DNA of 21,388 nucleotides from Seison nebaliae (Eukaryota): NCBI GenBank assembly GCA_023231475.1, contig JALJEE010002436.1, positions 310,001 to 331,388 of the forward strand, read 5' to 3'. Shown piece by piece: positions 12,620 to 20,717 of this stretch (position 1 is its first letter; each line of letters starts with the position of its first letter). The notes under the pieces were generated by a model. It saw only the letters and a program-made list of their open reading frames with translations, ran no database searches and was not told where the DNA came from. The position numbers and the translations under genes were made by a program.

Positions 12620-14382
12620 TCATTCTTCAGTGAAATTTATTCCCACATCACGAACATTTGTCGCCGGACACAAATTAGCTTGGGTTAAATGCGTCACAAA
12701 ATCCGTAGCTATCTTAACGTTTGCAGTACATATTGTAATTTGAGTAATTATATTTAAAGTATTATCATACTTCATCGGTAATGACACATAATATTGTGCA
12801 TTTGATTTTGCAAAGTAAGGATGAAGTTGTTGACAATGTTGATAATTGTCCATTTGTACAGATAATCTACCAACTGAAATAATACTATTGACAGTTTACA
12901 TAATGAGAGAATTACTAACATTTTCCATTTCCAAATTTTCTGACCTTCTTCATCCGAATATTTGGATCTCCCGTATAAACAAAAGATACTTTTTGAGTTT
13001 TAATAGTTGTCATCATAGTAGCTTTTTTCCCTCCAGGTAAATGTTTATCACTGAAAAATCGTCGTTCTAACCAAATGTGAATAAGATATACGAAGTTGAA
13101 TGTAAATAGATAACTATAAATTTTGGATGTAAAATTTGACTTGTACAATCCAATCATTACACTGATAATTCGTTTCCAATCGAAGAAAGATTCGTCTTGT
13201 CGATGCATGAAAACAAAAAGATCATACGGAATGTTAAGAGTGACATCCTGAACAATGTATAATCGAAAGACCATTTCTCCATCAATCATGAAACAATAAA
13301 GAAGAATATTTTCGATTTGGAAAAATTTCAAAAATTTCTCACGAATCTTTCTCATATATTTGTCCGTACAATCCTTCTCAGTTTTTAAAGCTCCCTCAAC
13401 TTTCAACATTGCAATTGTATTCGATACAAATTGACGATCGTTCTCGTTACGATAATAATTGGTGAGATCAGTTATGTGGAATTCTTCAATGATGTTTGAA
13501 ATTTCTCGAGATAATGATATATCAAATGGGTACTTGGATGATTTGCCAATCTCTTTCACAACATACACAGTCGGAATGGCAGTGGCACCAACAGCGAAGT
13601 GTTCAGTTGATAAAGTCTTCAATAAACCAATATCTTCCTTCCTGATATTAACAATTGAAGAAAAAACTACAAATATAAAATTTCGAAAGAAAAATGAAAA
13701 AAATATTCTCACGTTTATTTCCAACTTCAATTATTTCCAATCCGTTCAATAAATATTTTTTCTCAAAATATTTTCTTAAAGAAAGAAAAAATCGTTCACT
13801 GTCACAAGTGGCAGAGGAGTAAAATATTCGTAATTGAAATCTCTCCAGTGGATGATGATCCATTGGTAAGCATGTCGATAAATCGGTTAACAATCGACAG
13901 ACATTTTTCATTGATCCATTTCCAAACAAACGTTTCTGAGTTGCACATTCTTCGAATGTAGTAAAATTCTTTATTACTACTTGTTTCACTGCTTTCGAGT
14001 AGTCAAATGAAGGAAGATTATGCTAATCGTAATGAATGGAAAAGTTTTGCAATACGTAAATGAGTCGATAAATTTAACTTCATTACCCGAATTGGAGACT
14101 ACAAATAAATATAATAATATGTCAAATTTTGAAAAATGACAAACTTATCATTAACAATACCAAAGGAGTGGCTAACATCAACAAAGAGAAGCCACCTAAC
14201 AATCCGAAACAAACGACTTTCCCCGAATTTAACTTCAATGGAGACACCTTCTCGTGACAAATACTATTGCCATAAAAATCATATTGGGAATTAATTTCAT
14301 CAGGATCTGCTTTTCTCTCTGATAACAAATTGACATTGTTACCTCTCAAATTACGACTGTAATCCTCAACTTGATATTTCAT
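12620..14382 (-). CDS. Multi-exon hypothetical type II membrane glycoprotein (~522 aa)
   Basis: Model: exons 14382-14145, 14098-14079, 14022-13713, 13666-12920 and 12873-12620 total 1569 nt, in frame, joining ORF-track fragments 14122-14427, 13648-13989, 12915-13730 and 12620-12853. One hydrophobic segment VVCFGLLGGFSLLMLATPLVLLMI (14146-14217) lies about 55 aa from the ATG. The downstream part has several Cys and N-glycosylation sequons (NFT x3, NGS). The start codon and the 14023-14160 splicing are uncertain. Confidence 0.65.
12874..12919 (-). other. 46-nt GT-AG intron
   Basis: Minus strand AAA T|GTTAGT...ATTTCAG|TT GGT. Phase 1; removes the TAG at 12915-12917 and links to the frame of the 12620-12853 ORF. 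Confidence 0.75.
13667..13712 (-). other. 46-nt GT-AG intron
   Basis: Minus strand AAA C|GTGAGA...TTTGTAG|TT TTT with a T-rich interior. Phase 1; joins the 113-aa and 271-aa ORFs in frame (EVGNK-L-FSSIVNI). Confidence 0.8.
14099..14144 (-). other. Probable 46-nt GT-AG intron after the TM exon
   Basis: Minus strand ATA A|GTTTGT...TTTATTTGTAG|. AT-rich and removes the TGA at 14122-14124. An alternative donor at 14160 is possible. Confidence 0.55.
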
Positions 14383-14890
14383 TACTTTCTTCAGAAAACA
14401 ATTACTAGGTATGAGAAGTGACTGCAAATTTCAAAATTATCAAACTGTCACGTTGTAATATTGTTGATGAGAATGTTTCGGTTTCAAACTGACTTTATTT
14501 TTTGATGATGGAAAGACATAACATTTGGTATAAGAAAAACCAGGATTAAATATAGTGACAATACTGTTAATGATTTTTCATATGATGAGTCTTCCATCAA
14601 ACAAGAAGAACAGGGAAATGTGAAAACTGGATTCATAAGTGAAATATTCTTCTTTATTCCCTAACGGTTTTTTTTCCACAAACTTTCATTTCTATAAGGA
14701 GTTGGAGAATTAACAATTGTAACATTGTAAGAAATATTATAAGATTCGAATAATTTTAATTTATTTTAATATTATTAAATAAATTGTTAAATAAATTATT
14801 TTGATTATTTTAATAGGTTTATGAATATTGTTGAAAATAAATGATGTAGAATTAAATTTAATTTAATTAATGTATCAAATCCTTAAAATT

Positions 14891-15121
14891 TGTGACAAAA
14901 TCTCCGTGCGTAGTAGAAAAAAAAGACCTAATGTTTCACTTGGTCATAATTATGGAACATAGTATAAAAAAAGTTCCACGATTAGTTAAAAAAGAATGAC
15001 CAAATCACCAAAATGCGTTGAAAGGGGTGACCAAATTTATCACTATTTTCGCAAATGGAAGAAAATAATTAAAGATTTTAGGCGACAAAGTTACCGAAGT
15101 AAAAAAATGAGCTGACAAAAT
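14891..15121. repeat. Dispersed short TGAC(A/C)AAA motifs with an imperfect inverted repeat; possible decayed MITE or TE end
   Basis: tgacaaaa 14893, tgaccaaat 14997 and 15028, cgacaaag 15083, tgacaaaat 15113. Inverted pairs ttggtcat (14940-14947)/atgaccaa (14996-15003) and tggaac (14953-14958)/gttcca (14973-14978). Confidence 0.3.
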
Positions 15122-15169
15122 TTAATAATAAAGAGTGGGTTCCAGAGTTTTATTAAGAACGAAGTCAAC

Positions 15170-15900
15170 TCATTTGTAAGAAAAAGGAATCAAATCAACC
15201 TTGTTTTCGAAAAAAAGAATTGAGCTCAACCCATATTTTCCCAATTGGATTTGATTTTGACTGTGAGAAGAAAAAAAGTTCCTCAAAACGGATGGAGTAG
15301 CAGTAAGGACAACGGCCTTCGTCGGGTTGATTGTGATAGAGATTTCAGCTCTTTCGCGAATTCGGTTCATATGAATACCGGAATATGCTAATACTCCCGA
15401 GAATTGAATACCATTGATGTTGATGGTGAGCAGTATGTTACTGTAGAATGATCCAGTCGAGAGTGAGACCGAATAGCCAGGAACCCAGAATTGAACCTTT
15501 CCTAACGCCATTGTTAACGCCGAAGCTCGCGCAATGTTGCACAGAAAAACAGTCGCCGGTTCTTCTCGAAATCGTTAATCAATGTTCCCCGTGAAATGGT
15601 TCAACTTCACGACAATTCCCCTGTTGAAGAAACCATCTAACGATCTACACACTCAATTCTTACAGTCCGATCTTCATTAATCAGGGGCGAAGATTCATTT
15701 AAACAGTGGCGTCAAACACGAATGTTGATCGCAAGGATCAATCGCAATCTTAGTTTGGCAGTCACCCATACTCCTCCTTTTCCTATTCTCTATTGTCGAC
15801 GCATCTTCTGCGCCTTAGACAACTTTTCGTTGTCGGGAGCTCTTCCCTAACATATCATCTCTTATTCAACGCTCTATCACATCCAATCATTCAATTTTTT
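15170..15900 (-). mobile_element. Decayed non-LTR retrotransposon (LINE) reverse transcriptase relic
   Basis: Minus 15524-15447 reads FGVNNGVRKGSILGSWLFGLTLDWII, matching the LINE RT motif F.V..GVRQG..LSP.LF.L..DWI. After a stop and frameshift near 15440 it continues NGIQFSGVLAYSG..HMNRIRERAEISITINPTKAVVL, matching GI...L.YADD...GL.IN..KT.V with YADD destroyed. There are many stops upstream and GC is visibly higher than in the flanks. Boundaries are approximate. Confidence 0.72.
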
Positions 15901-16260
15901 CTCAAACCATTGCGTACTATTCGATAGATCACTCACCTTTTTCTACAGAATTTCGTGAGTTAATCTTCTCGTTTTCATCGGTGTCTATCAGTCTATAAGA
16001 AATCAGCCTAGTGCTTTCAGGATTCTTCTCGAGAGCGACGTTTGAATTGTCCCTGTTTTCTTTTTTATCTTTCCTTATATATTTTTTCCATAGCTGAGTG
16101 GATTTTTCTGTAGATCCGCTCAATGTTGTTCCCTTTTTCTCTTTTTGTCTTCTTTTTCCTCTTATTCAAAATAAATAAAATAAATACTCGCGTTTACCTT
16201 AAAATGTATGTTATCATTGGACAGGATATATAATCATTGTATACGAATTCTACTAGGATG

Positions 16261-16520
16261 TACCCCAGGGGGACCAAGAAAATTTAATTTAGATTTATCC
16301 AGAATAAATCTTAATATATCCAGAATAAATTTCGATATATTCGAAATTTTGATAAAACTAAATTTATTCAAATTAAAATGGGATATTTTCAAAAAAAATT
16401 GTAGATTATTTTAAATTAATTTCGATTTATTGATAATGTTGGAAGGTTTGATGAAACCAAATTTATTCAAATTAGACATCAAATTACACGTATAATTAGA
16501 CGTGTACGTCTATTCAATAG
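16261..16520. repeat. Palindrome- and direct-repeat-rich block; candidate DNA-transposon terminus and subterminal region
   Basis: Starts taCCCCAGGGGG (16261). Inverted repeats: agatttat/ataaatct (16291-16311), aaatttcga/tcgaaattt (16327-16349), tacacgt/acgtgta (16485-16506), tagacgt/acgtcta (16497-16512). Direct repeats: tatccagaataaat twice at 21-nt spacing, and aaatttattcaaatta at 16360 and 16459. Confidence 0.5.
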
Positions 16521-17120
16521 AGCGTTCATGTTTACGATCTTACAAGAGTTAGTTAGATTTTGTTTTCTTGTTAGAGTTATTACCTTTTCCACTCTTGTTA
16601 ATGTCGAGGTATTGCGCACTTATTACCAATATCAGCAATTCACTATTCGCATTTCCAGCCTTTCATCAATATTACGATTTAGAATATTCACAATCTCTCG
16701 CTTCATTGACGGAAATGATGAATTCCTTCAACATTTCTGAACTCATTCCCAATAATTTACTTCCATTTATCTCTGGAGGCCATGAACTGATCGTGGCAAA
16801 TGACTTCAATGGATTATCATTATTTCTTTTTACATTACCCCGAGGGGATTATTAATTTAAAATTAAAAAAATAAATAAATATGTTTGGAAAAAAATGATG
16901 TGGAATTCAATTTTATTACTAATTAAACACATATACACATTTAATTTACACATGCACAATTTAAAATAATGACATATAGTTTCCACAGAATTGTAATTAA
17001 GCATTGGGATTTTTGTCTTCACCTTTTTCCCACTAATTATTTTCTAAATGACTCATCAATCCGGTGAATTATTATGTTCTAAAATAATTTTAAATGGAAA
17101 CTTGTCAAATTCAAACGTTG

Positions 17121-17126
17121 TTTATT
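17121..17126 (-). terminator. Candidate polyadenylation signal of the 857-aa gene
   Basis: AATAAA on the minus strand 22 nt past the TAG stop at 17149-17151. Confidence 0.35.
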
Positions 17127-17148
17127 GTTTTTAATTTCTTCAGGATCA

Positions 17149-19722
17149 CTAAATCTTCCCATAATTCTTCGCTTCTCCCATTGTCATTTGATAATTTCTC
17201 TGAAGTTTCCTTACTTCCTTCTCATTTTTAGGATCAAAATAAAATTCGATAAATGCTAAGAAGGCGGGATTCCTGACAATCGTTGATCGAAGTAAAATAC
17301 TCATTTTTCTTCGTCCTTCTTCTATTATTTTTTCATTTTTTTTTATATAATCTCTCATCCTATCCCGATAACGTAACACACTTCGATATAAAAATAAAAA
17401 CTCTCTGGAAGCCAAAATATTTCCCAAGGTCGTACTTATTCTAGTGAGTGCTACAGTTTTATATTCATGAGGAGTAATATCTGGATCAATGTCCTCAGCT
17501 TTAATTTGCCTACATTGAAATGGAGTAACATAAAAAATATCATAATTTTCACCCGAATCTTGTTGTTTGTCTCCTAGGTAAGCTTCACCCATAAAATATC
17601 GAGACATTAAATACAAGGTAAATCGTACCAAAGCAGTATCACTATGCATATTTCCGAGATGTTTTAACATCGTAGGCAAATGATTCTTGTCATTATATTC
17701 TTTTTCCGCGCGGAAAAAGAAAAAGTGCCGAAATTCACAAGTGCCCCAAAGTCGTGTATGAGTAACCCAGGAATAAAGATTATAGAACCGGTCTATGGTC
17801 CTCCTTCCACTCAGCCTAAATCTTTCGAAAGAACGGACATATTGTTTTGTTAATGGAGGTGGCATAAATAGAAATCCATTATTCTCTTCAAGTGGCGTCA
17901 TTCTTCTCATAAACACATTATCTATTTGAATGGGAGGGACATATTGACAAGGTAAAGATTTGTCTTTAATTCTTAAGAATCTCATCACTTCCATTGCACC
18001 TAAGGACATCCATCGGCATAATGGTGTTTTCAAATGAATTACAGTGTTCCTTTTAGAAAGTGGTCGAAATGGTTCTACAAGGGACAGAGCCTCAACTTTT
18101 TTTCTTAGATTACGAATATATGGATGTTTTATATACATGTGGTATTTTGATGGATTGAGCGATTTTGGTACATGACCAAAAAACTCCATAGGTCGTCTAG
18201 CATCAGTTATCCGACGAGTGACATTACCATCTCCTATATTTGCTACTTCTTCCAAAACAATATTCAAATGCTGATCTTCCCTCACATAATTGGCAAGTTG
18301 CACAGCGAAAAAATTTCTTTGATTATATTTCAGTTTTATATAATTTGCATGTTGTATTTGTAATTTACCGACTTTTCTATGATACGCTTGCCAACATTGA
18401 TGTATTGGCAGATGCCTTTGTTCACAAACTCTACAAAACTTGGCATCTGCCATGGCATTAACATGGGCGTGGTGAGTTTTGAGAGCTCTTCGTTTTCTGA
18501 TTTGATGAATACCTAAATTTAATTTGTGACTTGGATTACCAATTGGTTCGACCAAAGTTGTCATCATTTCATTTACTTTTATCATAGTATTTAGATCAAC
18601 AACTACTTCTTCATCGGGGATATCTTTCATTATTAATTCCAATTCTGCTCTAATGCATGGGGGAAGCATATCTTCTTCTGCATCAAAACCAAACTCATCT
18701 TCTTCATGAAAATCATCCTCATCTTCTGATTGAAAATCGGGCAAATCGTTTGGATCAAAATTAACACGATTGACTTTAGGGGCAGGTCTCTCTACAACAT
18801 CTTGTTCTTCAGATAAATCTTTGTGTACAGGAACATTTTTTGGAACATTAGGACTAGTAGTTGTAACTTCATCAACCGGAATTATCTTGCTTTTAGGTCC
18901 ATTCTCCATTACTGCATCTTCTTGTGCTGAAGCATTGTCATTGAGTTGAGGGTCAGGGCCCTCTACAACATCTTGTTCTCCAGGAAATTTTTTTGCATTA
19001 AAATCAAACTCATTTTCTGATTGATATTCGGGCAAATCTATTGGATCAAAATTAAGAGGATTGACTTTAGGGGCAGGTCTCTCTACAACATCTTGTTCTT
19101 CAGATAAATCTTTGTGTAAAGGAACATTTTTTGGAACATTAGGAGTAGTAGTTGTAACTTTATGAACCGGAATTATCTTTCTTTTAGGTCCTTTCTTCAT
19201 TACTGCTTCTTCTTGTGGTGAAGCATTGCCTTTGGCTTTAGGGTGATATGTCTTTAAAATATTTTGTTCTTCATATAAATCTTTGCGTACACGAACTTTT
19301 TTTGGAACATGAGGAGTGGTAGTTGTAACTTTATGAACCGGAATTATCTTTCTTTTCCGTCCTTTCTTCATTACTGCTTCTTCTTGTGGTGAAGCATTGC
19401 CTTTGGCTTTAGGATTATATGTCTTTACAATATTTTGTTTTTCATATAATTCTTTGCGTACACGAACTTTTTTTGGAACATTAGGAGTAGTAGTTTTAAC
19501 TTTATCAACCGGAATTATCTTTAGTTTCGGCTGTTTCACAATTCTCTTTCTTTTCCGTCCTTTCACTTTTGCTTGTGGTGGATTGTTGTTTAATTTGTTT
19601 AATACGAAATCATCGTCTAGTAGTCGAACTTCCCTCTTACCACTCTCATTAGTTTGCTGTCCGTTTAAACATCGAAACAATATTACAAAACAACAAAACA
19701 AATAAATTTGGAAACGTTTCAT
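17149..19722 (-). CDS. Intronless secreted hypothetical protein, 857 aa
   Basis: ATG-to-TAG ORF of 2574 nt in AT-rich DNA. Signal peptide MKRFQIYLFCCFVILFRCLNG|QQ (basic n-region, hydrophobic core, small residue at -1). Frame-preserving internal repeats, RKRR at 18487-18498, CRVCEQRHLPIHQC at 18394-18435, then a ~430-aa globular-looking region I do not recognise. Confidence 0.85.
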   Translation of the reverse strand: MKRFQIYLFCCFVILFRCLNGQQTNESGKREVRLLDDDFVLNKLNNNPPQAKVKGRKRKRIVKQPKLKIIPVDKVKTTTPNVPKKVRVRKELYEKQNIVKTYNPKAKGNASPQEEAVMKKGRKRKIIPVHKVTTTTPHVPKKVRVRKDLYEEQNILKTYHPKAKGNASPQEEAVMKKGPKRKIIPVHKVTTTTPNVPKNVPLHKDLSEEQDVVERPAPKVNPLNFDPIDLPEYQSENEFDFNAKKFPGEQDVVEGPDPQLNDNASAQEDAVMENGPKSKIIPVDEVTTTSPNVPKNVPVHKDLSEEQDVVERPAPKVNRVNFDPNDLPDFQSEDEDDFHEEDEFGFDAEEDMLPPCIRAELELIMKDIPDEEVVVDLNTMIKVNEMMTTLVEPIGNPSHKLNLGIHQIRKRRALKTHHAHVNAMADAKFCRVCEQRHLPIHQCWQAYHRKVGKLQIQHANYIKLKYNQRNFFAVQLANYVREDQHLNIVLEEVANIGDGNVTRRITDARRPMEFFGHVPKSLNPSKYHMYIKHPYIRNLRKKVEALSLVEPFRPLSKRNTVIHLKTPLCRWMSLGAMEVMRFLRIKDKSLPCQYVPPIQIDNVFMRRMTPLEENNGFLFMPPPLTKQYVRSFERFRLSGRRTIDRFYNLYSWVTHTRLWGTCEFRHFFFFRAEKEYNDKNHLPTMLKHLGNMHSDTALVRFTLYLMSRYFMGEAYLGDKQQDSGENYDIFYVTPFQCRQIKAEDIDPDITPHEYKTVALTRISTTLGNILASREFLFLYRSVLRYRDRMRDYIKKNEKIIEEGRRKMSILLRSTIVRNPAFLAFIEFYFDPKNEKEVRKLQRNYQMTMGEAKNYGKI
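18670..19521 (-). repeat. Intragenic tandem repeat: 171, 171, 291 and ~220 bp units
   Basis: The anchor ccggaattatct occurs at 18876, 19167, 19338 and 19509 (spacings 291, 171, 171). Each unit starts KIIPV(D/H)(K/E)VxTT(T/S)P(N/H)VPK. Confidence 0.92.
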
Positions 19723-19788
19723 AAGAAAGAAAAAACAAAAAACAAAAAGAAATCTAAATCAAAATTATGTTTTCTTATTTGCATTACT

Positions 19789-19974
19789 TCATTGTGTACT
19801 TGTTAACGTAACAGATACGTCTACTAAAGAAAACTTAAATCTTGGGGCCCAATTTCCATGAAGAATTTCCCAATATTTTTCCTCAAGAAATGTTATCTCT
19901 TTTTCTTCGTAAATAGCATAAGTGGTTTTTCCATTTTGAGCAATGTCATTGACAAATTTGATAAGATGCAGCAT
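19789..19974 (-). CDS. Short hypothetical ORF (61 aa from first ATG); possible remnant of a transposon accessory ORF
   Basis: MLHLIKFVNDIAQNGKTTYAIYEEKEITFLEEKYWEILHGNWAPRFKFSLVDVSVTLTSTQ*. Protein-like composition, same strand as and downstream of the transposase, no motif I can name with confidence. Confidence 0.25.
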   Translation of the reverse strand: MLHLIKFVNDIAQNGKTTYAIYEEKEITFLEEKYWEILHGNWAPRFKFSLVDVSVTLTSTQ

Positions 19975-20717
19975 TTTTACAGATGTTATAGATAAAAACT
20001 CATCTTGGATTTTACTTTTCGTATATATCAAATACCTAATACTTAGAATCTCGTAATAATATACTTGATAATTTTATTAATTTCAAAATTTCGCTAGACA
20101 TCATTAAGTTGCAATATAGCACAACATGTATCGTTCAAAGAATATTTCAGCAAATCGCATTGAAGGTAGAATCGTCTACAGAAGAAATAATTTTTAAGAA
20201 AAATTAACAATACTACAAACTACAAGTCCGCAGACCGTCCTCCACAAAATAATTCTTAAATTACTACAAAATTAACTATTCCGATTATGACAAAGATTTT
20301 GTTGGTGATGTTAGCGATTATTCTGACAAAGAGGAAAAATCCGAAACCGATTCCCCATATACCCACTACATTTGTGATAAACTAAATGAATTTTTATTTA
20401 TTTATTTATTTCTTTATTGGATATCACTCGTATGTTATAAAGACAAGTAAAAAAATAAAAATTTAAGAATGATACGAGACAATTCTCTTAAGGGATAATT
20501 CAAATGTTGGAGAATAAATTGGACAAGGAACGAAAGTCATTCCTGTCCATGATTCATTCCATGAAATGGGGTCGGTTGAAGAGAAAGAGTAGATGAAGTC
20601 TCGAAAGAATAAATATAATATATGATATATTAAATATATAAGTTAAAACAAAAAGGAACTAGAAAGAAGAATTTCATCAAATAATAAAAAAGAAAGTTTC
20701 TTTAATTGAAATCATAT

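Noticed and set aside
12846..13752. Plus-strand ORFs 12846-13040 and 13459-13752
   Set aside because: Antisense to the spliced minus-strand gene, non-ATG starts, no motifs.
14422..14730. Possible additional 5' exons of the membrane-protein gene (e.g. MNPVF...LSLYLILVFLIPNVMS spliced to the TTGCAG acceptor)
   Set aside because: Several frames and donors are equally compatible and cannot be resolved without transcripts; the simpler ATG at 14382 was used.
15170..15511. 113-aa ORF as a gene or retroviral aspartic protease (INGIQFSGVLAYSG)
   Set aside because: No D-S/T-G catalytic motif; the overlapping frame carries a LINE RT motif that explains the region better.
15929..16855. ORFs 15929-16123, 16208-16414, 16528-16740 and 16568-16855 as genes
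   Set aside because: Short, low-complexity or overlapping repeats, with no recognisable domains or coherent splice model.
18670..19521. CRISPR-like array
   Set aside because: Units are 171-291 bp, frame-preserving coding repeats without unique spacers, in a eukaryotic context.
18172..19705. Plus-strand ORFs within the 857-aa gene
   Set aside because: Antisense shadows of the long minus-strand CDS.
20126..20450. Plus-strand coding-like fragments (MYRSKNISANRIEGRIVYRRNNF*, YSDYDKDFVGDVSDYSDKEEKSETDSP)
   Set aside because: Could be decayed TE coding sequence, but short, interrupted and without a nameable motif.
20500..20610. Hammerhead ribozyme suggested by CGAAA next to a stem
   Set aside because: No CUGANGA core box on either strand nearby.
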